This document shows, one piece after another, positions 31,349 through 40,200 of a stretch of 64,000 nucleotides of DNA; the first letter of the stretch is position 1; every line of letters begins with the position of its first letter. The position numbers were made by a program, and so were the translations under genes. Location of the stretch: NCBI GenBank assembly GCA_965657355.1, contig CBFHOE010000004.1, positions 111,584 through 175,583 on the forward strand, read 5' to 3'. This DNA comes from Limisphaerales bacterium. Its GTDB lineage: Bacteria; Verrucomicrobiota; Verrucomicrobiia; Limisphaerales; JAJOIW01. The notes under the pieces are model-generated. The model saw only the letters and a program-made list of their open reading frames with translations. It did no database searches and was not told where the DNA came from.

Positions 31349-32728
31349 TCAGGATAAACGTTTTACAAGCCAATTTTGAGCTGACTTTCTATCTATTATT
31401 TTCTCCTCGAGCTGTGCCTCGTAAGCCTGCCTCAAAATCTGTCCAAAAAGTGGCGATGGGGATAGGCCTTTCGCTATTAAGTCTTTGCCAGTAAGCAAGG
31501 CTGGGGGTGGAGCTTTGTCGATGGCTAAATCCAAAGCACGTGCATGTAGTTCTTCTAGCCATTCTAAATCTATTTTATTTAGAGACGAGCGGCCGATATT
31601 GTCGGCTTTCATTAATATGCAGAGCGATGATATGGATGAAGGCCTTAATCTATGAGCTAGTTTTTGAATAGCCTTGTTACTCTTAGCCATCCTTCCATTC
31701 ATATGCTCTGCAACTAGAGGCTGAATTTTATTTACGTGATGCTTTGGACAATCAATAAAATTAAGAAATTCACCTGCGAGCCTTGTGCCAACTTTATCAT
31801 GCTTAGGTGAGACGATTCTCTCGTGGCCATTTTTATCGACTTTTTCCGTCGTCGCCGGTTTGCCAAAATCATGTGTCAAAGCCGCAAACATAAGTTCGAG
31901 CCTATCTTTGGCATTGGAATCCTGAAATTCATTTATTCGCGCCATGGCGTCGCAAACAAGAAGAGTATGAATCCAAACATTTCCCTCTGGGTGCCATATA
32001 GGGTCTTGCGGGGTTTGTATTAATTGCTTTAACCATGGATAGTGATCGATCCATTTAGTTTGGTTTAAAAAGTTTAAACCAGCGGATGGGTATAGAGACA
32101 ATTGAGCCCATTTTGCCCATTCCTGCCACACTCTTTCTTTTGGTAGTTCTGATATTTGGTGTTTTATGGATTGGCAAAGATTTATCGTCTTATCCTCTGC
32201 TTTTAGATTAAAACGACCGGCTAATTGCATCCCCCTCAATACTCTTAATGGGTCTTCAGAAAAAGCTGGTCCAACGTGCTTGAGAATACCTTGCTCCAAG
32301 TCAGACTTTCCATCGAAAGGGTCGTATATTCTATCCTCCAATGGATGGTAGAGTATGGCATTGATGGTGAAATCTCTTCTTGCGCAAGCATCCATTTTTG
32401 TAAGAAAAGGATCTACTTTGATATTGAACCCTTTGTGGCCTGGACCCATTTTTGAATCCCTTCGAGGTAGAGAAAAATCCAATGCCATTCCAGACCTCGT
32501 TTTTAACTTAAGGGTTCCGAAAGATTTTCCAACTAAATCTGTTCTGCCGAATTTACTCAGTTGTGATTCGAGTTCGTCAAAGCCAACGCCATAAACTTCG
32601 ACGTCGAAGTCGATGACGCGTCTGTTTGAAAGTAAGTCCCTCACACATCCACCCACGAGATACCCCTGCTTCAAAGCAGGCGCTTTTAGAAAGATTGTTG
32701 TGAGTTCCTCTGGTAATTCAAACCTCAT
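31349..32728 (-). CDS. cca: CCA tRNA nucleotidyltransferase / poly(A) polymerase family with HD domain
   Basis: LVGGCVRD, DFDVE (DxD), RRDFTINA and EDPLRVLR. HD domain (HPEG..HT..HDFGK). ATG at 32728 preferred. Confidence 0.88.
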   Translation of the reverse strand: MRFELPEELTTIFLKAPALKQGYLVGGCVRDLLSNRRVIDFDVEVYGVGFDELESQLSKFGRTDLVGKSFGTLKLKTRSGMALDFSLPRRDSKMGPGHKGFNIKVDPFLTKMDACARRDFTINAILYHPLEDRIYDPFDGKSDLEQGILKHVGPAFSEDPLRVLRGMQLAGRFNLKAEDKTINLCQSIKHQISELPKERVWQEWAKWAQLSLYPSAGLNFLNQTKWIDHYPWLKQLIQTPQDPIWHPEGNVWIHTLLVCDAMARINEFQDSNAKDRLELMFAALTHDFGKPATTEKVDKNGHERIVSPKHDKVGTRLAGEFLNFIDCPKHHVNKIQPLVAEHMNGRMAKSNKAIQKLAHRLRPSSISSLCILMKADNIGRSSLNKIDLEWLEELHARALDLAIDKAPPPALLTGKDLIAKGLSPSPLFGQILRQAYEAQLEEKIIDRKSAQNWLVKRLS

Positions 32729-32858
32729 TTTAATTCTGCCTGAGTTTTGTCTACGCAAAAGTGATTAGCCGACCGGCAAAGCAAACGTAAGTTCGATTAC
32801 AAGATGAGTGGAAAAAAGAAAATTCAAAAGCATGGCTGAGTGTCTTTACAGATTCATA

Positions 32859-34205
32859 TTATGGCTTTGTGATAAAATCTTCTCTGTAAGACATTTTTAG
32901 AATCTGCTGGACTCTATTACCTGTAAATGGAGTAAATTGAGGCCTACCTTTTACTATGAGCTGAGGCATGGACCCTTTGCCATATTTTTTGTAATGTGAG
33001 CCGTAGATGCTTGTAGAAATATCAATTTGTTTTTGTGTCCAAGGTGATAGTAAATAACTAACTAACTTTTCTGTGTTTGTTATCTCCTTGGCTAATTTTA
33101 GGGCATCTTGATATTTGGGGAATGCTGGCATGTCTAGTATTTCTTTGTCCCACCAGTGAAAGGATTTGGGGTCGGTCCTATACAAAGACATTGCTAGTTT
33201 GGCAAATTCACATGCTTCAATATGGGCTTTTTGTGTTTTAAAGCCACGAGCGGCAAGCGTGGTATTGCATTGTGCGTCAAGAGGCATAGGGGCAATGATA
33301 AAAGCAAACTTCTCAGGATACTGTCGAGTGATCCTGGTCAGCGTTTTGTGAAGGTTACGACAATATTTGCAAGTGTAGTCAACTAAAACAATGTCGATAT
33401 GATCTGCTTCCTCGCTTCCAATTATTGGCATTTTCTCCACATCTAAACCGTATGTATTGACCATTCTCTCTGCTCGAGTCTTTTTATTCGAACTCGGAGA
33501 ATTGGTTGATATTATGGTTTGCTTGTGTTGGCTCAACTCCTTTTGTCCAACCAGTTGAGGCTCCGGATTATCTGGTTCATTTCCAACAAATACCTGGGCC
33601 GTGATCGTCAAAAACCAGGCCATAATTGCAGTCCCATAAACCGCCTTGATCGACCTAGTTGTTGATTTTGCTAGTTTCGTTTTCCATACGAGTATTCCCG
33701 CAACAGAGGCGAAGACATGGGTGGCGATGCAATACGGACAGTATGATCCAATAATAAAAACCTGTAATCCGACAAAATAAATAGCAGATAAAACCACAAG
33801 AATACTGCTTGCATTCCCTAGTAAATCGAGATTCCTCTTTCCTTTGAGAGATAAACCATGACTCAAACCTATAATGATATACAGAGGCAAGGCGAGGAGG
33901 CTGACTGGGATTGGTCCAATGTAGGCATACTTGCTGGATAAGACATCATCACAGTTTGAATCTGGCCCACACCCAGCTGCTTGTGCACCCAATAAAGTCG
34001 TTCGCAGCAAATAAATGGTTATCCCAATTGCAGCGATTACAAAAATAAATCCTAAATAGTGGCGCCCCTTTTTTGATTCTTTGTTTTCATCAATGGGGCT
34101 CTTTCGTGGGCCAGTCGTCTTGACTTCTTCTCTACCGTTTTCTTGTTGTTCGTTATTCGGTTTAGATTCTTGTTTCAGTTTTTTAAGTCTTGATTTCTTA
34201 CCCAT
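32859..34205 (-). CDS. Vitamin K epoxide reductase (VKOR) fused to a DsbA/thioredoxin-like domain
   Basis: Loop cysteines GC....CDDVLSSKY, GPIPVS, membrane CPYC..H and C-terminal DYTCKYC. Confidence 0.88.
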   Translation of the reverse strand: MGKKSRLKKLKQESKPNNEQQENGREEVKTTGPRKSPIDENKESKKGRHYLGFIFVIAAIGITIYLLRTTLLGAQAAGCGPDSNCDDVLSSKYAYIGPIPVSLLALPLYIIIGLSHGLSLKGKRNLDLLGNASSILVVLSAIYFVGLQVFIIGSYCPYCIATHVFASVAGILVWKTKLAKSTTRSIKAVYGTAIMAWFLTITAQVFVGNEPDNPEPQLVGQKELSQHKQTIISTNSPSSNKKTRAERMVNTYGLDVEKMPIIGSEEADHIDIVLVDYTCKYCRNLHKTLTRITRQYPEKFAFIIAPMPLDAQCNTTLAARGFKTQKAHIEACEFAKLAMSLYRTDPKSFHWWDKEILDMPAFPKYQDALKLAKEITNTEKLVSYLLSPWTQKQIDISTSIYGSHYKKYGKGSMPQLIVKGRPQFTPFTGNRVQQILKMSYREDFITKP

Positions 34206-34239
34206 AGGATCAGCGGCCTGGTTGTGAAAAATTGTTTGA

Positions 34240-35097
34240 TTATTTATCGAGCGAGTAAAAAGAAGTCGTATTATTCAGGTATATATCTTTTTGCTCACTT
34301 TCAGAGAAGTCAGCAAAGTAATCATCAAATGTATGGGCAACTTTTTGGTAGGAACCAGCTAGTGTGCATACCGGCCAGTCCGATCCAAACATGATTCTTT
34401 TGGTCGAGAAGCATTCAACGATCCAGTCCATATATGGCGTTAAGTCGTTTAATTTCCATCCAGTCCAGTCAGCTTCAGTTATCATACCAGAAATCTTACA
34501 ACTGACGTTTTTATAGTGAGACAGTTTTTTGATTAATGATTTCCATTGATCACCTTCACCATCCTTGATGTTAGGTTTTGCTATATGATCCAGGACAAAC
34601 GACTGATTTGGAAATTTTCCAACGAGAGATATGGCAGCAGGTAGTTGTTTGGGAAAAATCAAAATATCATATGTCAGACCAAATTTTTCAAGTTCGGATA
34701 TGCCATTCTGAAATTCCTTGCCCAACATAAAATCCACATCAGGTTCGTCCTGCACAACGTGTCTCACTCCTTTAAACTTAGAGTGAGGAACAAACTGAGC
34801 GATTTGATCTGCAACATTTTTTGATCTTAGATCGACCCAGCCAACTACCCCCTTTATTAGATCTGGTGCCTCATCGGCTAGCTCGAGAAGCCACTTGGAC
34901 TCTTTTATCGTTTGCCTCGCTTGCACCGCTACAGATCCATCAAATGAGGTGCCTTTCTGAAGGGTTTTAAGATCTTGAGGCAATCTGTCTTGTCTGAGTG
35001 GAGCTAAAGGCGCTGCATCCATCCAAGAATATTCTGTTTTAGAATAAACCCAAAAATGTTGGTGTGAATCAATTCCTTTAAATGAATTTTCAGACAT
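34240..35097 (-). CDS. Amidohydrolase-family sugar lactonase (L-fucono/L-galactono-lactonase-like)
   Basis: IDSHQHFW, VQARQ, GVVGWVDL, KGVRH, LDHIAKP, KISG and FGSDWPVC. Confidence 0.87.
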   Translation of the reverse strand: MSENSFKGIDSHQHFWVYSKTEYSWMDAAPLAPLRQDRLPQDLKTLQKGTSFDGSVAVQARQTIKESKWLLELADEAPDLIKGVVGWVDLRSKNVADQIAQFVPHSKFKGVRHVVQDEPDVDFMLGKEFQNGISELEKFGLTYDILIFPKQLPAAISLVGKFPNQSFVLDHIAKPNIKDGEGDQWKSLIKKLSHYKNVSCKISGMITEADWTGWKLNDLTPYMDWIVECFSTKRIMFGSDWPVCTLAGSYQKVAHTFDDYFADFSESEQKDIYLNNTTSFYSLDK

Positions 35098-35116
35098 AAA
35101 AGAAAAAATTTATACT

Positions 35117-36157
35117 TTATTGCAGAACAGCATCATCAACTTCGATGATAGCTTTTATGGCACCCGTTTCTGGCTTTACAAAATTTTCAAAAGTTTCATC
35201 CAGTTGGCTCAACTTTGTGTGATGTGTAATCCATGTATTAGTATTAATATTTCCTTCTTCGATCAGTTTTATAATTCGTGTAAAGTCCGAGGCAACGGCA
35301 TTTCTGGAGCATAAAATAGAACCTTCTTTTCTGTGGAGGATGGGGTGTAGAAAAGATATTTCCTGGGTAGTGATGCCCACGTAAACCAAGCGACCGGTAT
35401 GTGCCAGATAATGTATAGCATTGGACATTGAATTATTGTTTCCCGTGGCGTCGACGACCACGTTAAATCCATTACCATTGGTGATAGAATCGAAAGCCTT
35501 TTTTTCCGATTCATCGCCTTTGAAAGGAACAATATGATGAACTCCCAGTTTTTCTTTGCAAAAATTGAGCCGACTTTCATTCATATCTAGAACAGTGATT
35601 TCACTGCCGGTAAGCCGGGCAAATTCAATAACAGAAAGACCTATTGGGCCGGCCCCAATCACCAGGGTTTTTTCCTTCGGAGTTGGGTTGCCCCTGTCAA
35701 TCGCATGACATCCAATCGCAAGCGTCTCGACAAGTGCAAGTTGCTCAAAAGAAAGGGAGGAGCTTGGGTGAAGTTTGTCTGCCCGTATGTTGAAAAAAGG
35801 TCGCATGCCACCATCAATATGGACTCCAATGACTTCTAAGTTTTCGCAGCAGTTTGTATAACCACGTCTGCTGGAGAAACTCTCAATGTTGTTCATATAT
35901 GGCTCAACTGAACATTTGTCGCCAGGGCTTACATTGGAGACATCCGAGGCGACCTCCACTACTTCCACCCCCAGTTCATGCCCAGGAATCCTTGGGTAAC
36001 TAAAGAATGGCATTTTGCCTAAAAATCCTGAAATGTCGGTCCCACAAATCCCGATGTTATGGACCCTGACTTTTGCCATCCCAGCACTTAATGGCTCTAT
36101 TTTTGGGGCTTCTTTAATAGAAATTTTTCCTGGTTCTTCAAAATATGCTGCTTTCAT
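35117..36157 (-). CDS. Zinc-binding dehydrogenase, L-galactonate 5-dehydrogenase (LgoD/YjjN)-like
   Basis: GICGTD, YPRIPGHE, VIGVHIDGGM, GAGPIG, DATGN and SRNA. Confidence 0.85.
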   Translation of the reverse strand: MKAAYFEEPGKISIKEAPKIEPLSAGMAKVRVHNIGICGTDISGFLGKMPFFSYPRIPGHELGVEVVEVASDVSNVSPGDKCSVEPYMNNIESFSSRRGYTNCCENLEVIGVHIDGGMRPFFNIRADKLHPSSSLSFEQLALVETLAIGCHAIDRGNPTPKEKTLVIGAGPIGLSVIEFARLTGSEITVLDMNESRLNFCKEKLGVHHIVPFKGDESEKKAFDSITNGNGFNVVVDATGNNNSMSNAIHYLAHTGRLVYVGITTQEISFLHPILHRKEGSILCSRNAVASDFTRIIKLIEEGNINTNTWITHHTKLSQLDETFENFVKPETGAIKAIIEVDDAVLQ

Positions 36158-36201
36158 TTACTGGTGATACTTATGTTTAAATTTAAGTTGTTGGTATTAT
36201 A

Positions 36202-37134
36202 TTAATTATTTTGTGGAAGGCCTTCAGTGTGACCTAGGTTTTTGACCGGCGCTAGAAGCTCCAGAACTTCTTGGACAAGCTCTTGGTCTATTGGTTCGCT
36301 GGCCCACTGCGCCCAATTGCGGATATTATTTGGATTCGCAGAACCGGCAATTGTAGTTGTGATGTCTTCATTGCTGAAAATGGAATATTGGAGGGCTAGT
36401 TTGGCAATGTCTACCCCCTTTGATTGACAATACTCCGCTACCTTTTTACACGTCGCCTTTACTTCTGCTGGCTCTTTGTGCCACTCTGGTAAAATCGAAT
36501 TGGTCAACAATCGTGCTGCGAACGGCCCGGCATTCATGATCCCAACACCTTTCTCTTTGAAGTAAGGAACAAGATCACCAAGTTTCGTATTCTGCAATGT
36601 ATACTGATTGTAGGACAAGATCACGTCGACTTCAATTTGGTCTAATATGAAAGGGAATATCTTCATAGGATATCCTGAAAACCCAATATATTTTACTTTC
36701 CCTTGTTCTTTTGCTTTCAGCATGGCTGGAATTGTTTCGTCCACGATCTGCTGCATCTCCACAAATTCTATGTCATGGGCGAGAATGATATCTAAGTGGT
36801 TAACCCCGAGTCGATGGAGACTGACGTCAATACTCTCCTGAACTCGCTTTGCTGAAAAATCAAAGTGTTGCAGATCATATCTCCCCAGTTTTGTGCACAA
36901 AGAATAACTTTCCCTTGGAACGTCTCGGAGGGCGACACCTAACAGGACTTCAGACATCCCTCTGCCATAAAACGGCGAAGTATCTATGAAATTCATCCCT
37001 AAATCTAATGCCACCCTGACGGATTCCATGGCTTCATTCAAAGTGACAGACCTGAATTCCTGGCCCAGGGAAGATGCCCCAAATCCGACTACTGGGATTT
37101 CAAGGTCTGTTTTGCCTAATTTCCTTTTATTCAT
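36202..37134 (-). CDS. Aldo/keto reductase, L-galactose/L-fucose dehydrogenase-like
   Basis: GFGASSLG, FIDTSPFYG.G.SE, TKLGRY, HDIEF and SGYP, typical of the L-galactose dehydrogenase AKR subgroup. Confidence 0.85.
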   Translation of the reverse strand: MNKRKLGKTDLEIPVVGFGASSLGQEFRSVTLNEAMESVRVALDLGMNFIDTSPFYGRGMSEVLLGVALRDVPRESYSLCTKLGRYDLQHFDFSAKRVQESIDVSLHRLGVNHLDIILAHDIEFVEMQQIVDETIPAMLKAKEQGKVKYIGFSGYPMKIFPFILDQIEVDVILSYNQYTLQNTKLGDLVPYFKEKGVGIMNAGPFAARLLTNSILPEWHKEPAEVKATCKKVAEYCQSKGVDIAKLALQYSIFSNEDITTTIAGSANPNNIRNWAQWASEPIDQELVQEVLELLAPVKNLGHTEGLPQNN

Positions 37135-37155
37135 AAAATTTTATACGATTAGGAA

Positions 37156-37971
37156 TTATTTGAGATATGTTCTAAATGCTTCGATCGTTTTTTTAGCTGC
37201 GGTTTTTGAATCCGGAACTGGGAATGCTTCGGCAGATGCATAGCCAGAATATCCAATCTTTTTTAATGCGGCGCCGATAGGGAGGAAATCGGTGTGTCCG
37301 AGCCCTGTTGCTTTTCGGTTTGAATCTACGAAGTGGACATGCCCTACAAATTCTTTAGCATCTTCCAGTGCTTGCGCCACGTTAGTTTCTTCTATGTTCA
37401 TATGAAAGAGGTCACAGAGAAGCTTTACATTTTCTATACCGTTTTGTTTTAAGAATTCGATGGCGGAACCGGTTGTATTGAATAAGTTTGTTTCATACCT
37501 GTTAAGTGGTTCGTAAAGAAAACAAGTGCCACACTCTTGGGCGAATTTTCCAAGTTCTTTGAGGGCTGCCGTCAAATATTCCAATGCTACAGGTTTGGGC
37601 ACAACAGTATCCCAGCGCCCTTGCATCGATCCCAAAATCGCTGGAGCCCCATAAACGGAACCAGCCTCGATAATTCCTTTTATAAAATCAATAGAATGCT
37701 CTCTTTTTTGGGGGTCTGAGTCGCATAGTTGCCATTTATTCTTTACCCATCCCCCCCCGGTTCCGACAGCAGAAAGAGAGAGGTCCAATTCGGTCAATGT
37801 TTCCTTGATTGGAAGGGATTTAATGACTTCAGCGGAGGGCGCAAATAATTCCACGGAATCAAAACCTAATTCTTTAGCCGTTCTGCAACTAGCTTCCCAT
37901 CCGTCCCAGAAGACAAAAGGTCCGCCTTTTGCCTCCTCCACCAAAGATATTGTAATGCTGGATTTTATCAC
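37156..37971 (-). CDS. Sugar epimerase/isomerase, xylose-isomerase-like TIM barrel (D-tagatose 3-epimerase / IolO-like)
   Basis: EPLNRYET, DLFHMNIEE, HVHFVDSNR..G.GH.DF and a terminal E. GTG start at 37971 preferred over 38064. Confidence 0.85.
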   Translation of the reverse strand: MIKSSITISLVEEAKGGPFVFWDGWEASCRTAKELGFDSVELFAPSAEVIKSLPIKETLTELDLSLSAVGTGGGWVKNKWQLCDSDPQKREHSIDFIKGIIEAGSVYGAPAILGSMQGRWDTVVPKPVALEYLTAALKELGKFAQECGTCFLYEPLNRYETNLFNTTGSAIEFLKQNGIENVKLLCDLFHMNIEETNVAQALEDAKEFVGHVHFVDSNRKATGLGHTDFLPIGAALKKIGYSGYASAEAFPVPDSKTAAKKTIEAFRTYLK

Positions 37972-38095
37972 TTTTTGAAAAATTATGTGTGTCTGACAAT
38001 AATAAGGTAATGGAAACATGTCCATGAAACTATGAGGCTCTTGACTTGCTGCATGCCTGGACATTTTTGGAATAGCTGGATAATGTCAGCACCTC

Positions 38096-38578
38096 ATGGT
38101 ATTTGAATATGTCAAAGCAGATTTAAGAGTTCAATCTCATGCATCAGCGGTTGTTGAAATGGTAAATTCTCTTGCTGAAGATGAGATAAGTGGTTGCCAG
38201 CCTCTTGACGAACGAACAAGGCAGCAACTTATTCCCGCTCTGAGAAAGTATCCAAATAGTTTTACCATTCTTTCATTCGTGGATGGCAAAACTGCCGGAA
38301 TGTCTCTGTGTTTCGAATCTCTCTCTTCATTCAAAGCCCGCCCCATAGTCAACATTCATGATTTTGTTGTAAAAAAAGAATTTCGTGGCCTGGGAATAGC
38401 AAATGGGTTACTCAAGGCAACTGAAAAGGAGGCTAAAGAACGCAAGGCATGTAAATTAACCTTGGAAGTATTAGAGGGAAATACACTGGCTCGAAAGATT
38501 TACACCAAATACGGTTTCTGTGGATACGAATTGGACCCAAATAACGGCAAGGCTCTTTTTTGGGAAAAATCCCTATAG
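38096..38578 (+). CDS. GNAT family N-acetyltransferase
   Basis: NIHDFVV..FRGLGIA (acetyl-CoA motif) and KLTLEVLEGN..A..Y...GF. Confidence 0.9.
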   Translation: MVFEYVKADLRVQSHASAVVEMVNSLAEDEISGCQPLDERTRQQLIPALRKYPNSFTILSFVDGKTAGMSLCFESLSSFKARPIVNIHDFVVKKEFRGLGIANGLLKATEKEAKERKACKLTLEVLEGNTLARKIYTKYGFCGYELDPNNGKALFWEKSL

Positions 38579-38602
38579 CCCGGCTCATACCGATTCGTTG
38601 GT

Positions 38603-40177
38603 TTATCCTCTAAGGGGTAATTCAAAATAAACTGTTTTCACAATACCTCCTAACTTGAATTGGACAAACGTCCTGTAGATGCCGTCCTTAGGAGGCAAAT
38701 AAGGGAAAACAATCTCCCCTTTGTTCTTTGATGCATCTACCTTTTTCCATGCCATCAGACTTTCCTCCACAGTCGGTAGCTCGCAAATAGGCTCCGCAGT
38801 TCCGGTCTTTCTGGGCGCTTCGCCAGTATCTCTTAGCTCAGCTAACTTAGCTGCAGCCATGGATATGTTTCCCGTTGGGTGCAAGTGCGTATAGACCGTT
38901 CCCTCCTTGTTAATCACAATGGCATGGCCAGACATCCCGAGATAAAGCTCAGGGTCTATTGGCTGTCCTGATGGATCCAATAGCTGAAAAGTGAGTTGAT
39001 TCGATGGGTCATTTAAGTTTCTACCAACCCATTCAAGGTCGAAATCAGGGTTTTCCCATTTGGTCATTGTTGATGCGGTACTGGATTTTTCGAGCTGAAA
39101 AAAACTATCATCCACATCAATGGATTTGGAATTTTTACGAACCCATGCCGCCTCTGCTTCTCCCAATCTATCGATTGTTTTTAAATTTTCCTCAATTTTG
39201 ATGGTTCCCAATAACGTTTGACTAAAGCCTGTCTCTTGAGAGATATCGATGAATAATTGGTAATCACCTTGAGGGATATCATTATTAAAAAAAGACCAAA
39301 ACACTTCTTTGTTAAATTTACTTGGATGGAGGTGTGCCGCATAGACCAATGATTTTTCGGTGTATTTATTGACCACGAAGGCATGCATTATCTTTCCATG
39401 ATCAGAAATAATAGGTCCATTCCGATATAATTTGTCTCCTGGAGCTTGAATCCTTAGCCCGAGTGTGTGCGGTGCATCCTCCAGTTTGAAAATATCTGAT
39501 TTGGCTTGTATTGGTTTAAAAAGCCTATTGCTTTTGTAATTTTCTTCCTCCTGATTCCACCATTGCTTTCCAAAAAAAAGCGCATAACCAATAATTCCTG
39601 AAAAAACAAAGGTAACCAAATTCGCGGCATAAATTGCTCTTCTGCCAGGTGACTTGTTTTTTCCAAGCGTCGAAAAGGCTACAGTTTGTCTGATAATTGC
39701 CAGGAGAAAGATAACAAGGAAAATGAGAAAACCGAAAAGAAGCATTTGAATGGGTAGACTCATTGTCGGAGTGTTTGTTGCAATAGATGAATATGGGACG
39801 TAAGCGGTATCCTCTCCATTTTTACTTTTTGCTGTAATGTTAATCGAGTAAGCACTTCCTGTCATGATCCAGAGCTCTGACTCGTAGAGACCTGGCTCGC
39901 CTTTGACTGGAACGGCAATGTCGGGGGGAGGAGATCCTTGTTTGCCCAATGACCAATGAAGTGGTTGAACGGATACAGAGTCGAGTTCAAAGTCTTTTTC
40001 GAATCGTATGAAAATCCTTGCAATGCCAGGAATGACACTTGGTTTTTTCACCGTTATCCTCGCGGGATATTGGCCTATTAAGGTTTGTTGAATAATATTT
40101 TTCTGCCCAAGATGGCCGTGGGCGATCATTGGTAGGAAAGCTAAAATATAAACTAATATGGGTGCGTTAAATTTCAT
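38603..40177 (-). CDS. Exported, membrane-anchored His-rich protein (524 aa) with PmoB/AmoB-like topology; putative copper-binding
   Basis: Signal peptide ending AHG|H, a soluble domain, two TM helices (~aa 143-162 and 182-203), then DHGKIMH..HLHP and GMSGH..HLHP. ATG at 40177 preferred because the longer start overlaps the upstream gene. Confidence 0.7.
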   Translation of the reverse strand: MKFNAPILVYILAFLPMIAHGHLGQKNIIQQTLIGQYPARITVKKPSVIPGIARIFIRFEKDFELDSVSVQPLHWSLGKQGSPPPDIAVPVKGEPGLYESELWIMTGSAYSINITAKSKNGEDTAYVPYSSIATNTPTMSLPIQMLLFGFLIFLVIFLLAIIRQTVAFSTLGKNKSPGRRAIYAANLVTFVFSGIIGYALFFGKQWWNQEEENYKSNRLFKPIQAKSDIFKLEDAPHTLGLRIQAPGDKLYRNGPIISDHGKIMHAFVVNKYTEKSLVYAAHLHPSKFNKEVFWSFFNNDIPQGDYQLFIDISQETGFSQTLLGTIKIEENLKTIDRLGEAEAAWVRKNSKSIDVDDSFFQLEKSSTASTMTKWENPDFDLEWVGRNLNDPSNQLTFQLLDPSGQPIDPELYLGMSGHAIVINKEGTVYTHLHPTGNISMAAAKLAELRDTGEAPRKTGTAEPICELPTVEESLMAWKKVDASKNKGEIVFPYLPPKDGIYRTFVQFKLGGIVKTVYFELPLRG

Positions 40178-40200
40178 CAATTTGATAAATAAATACAATT

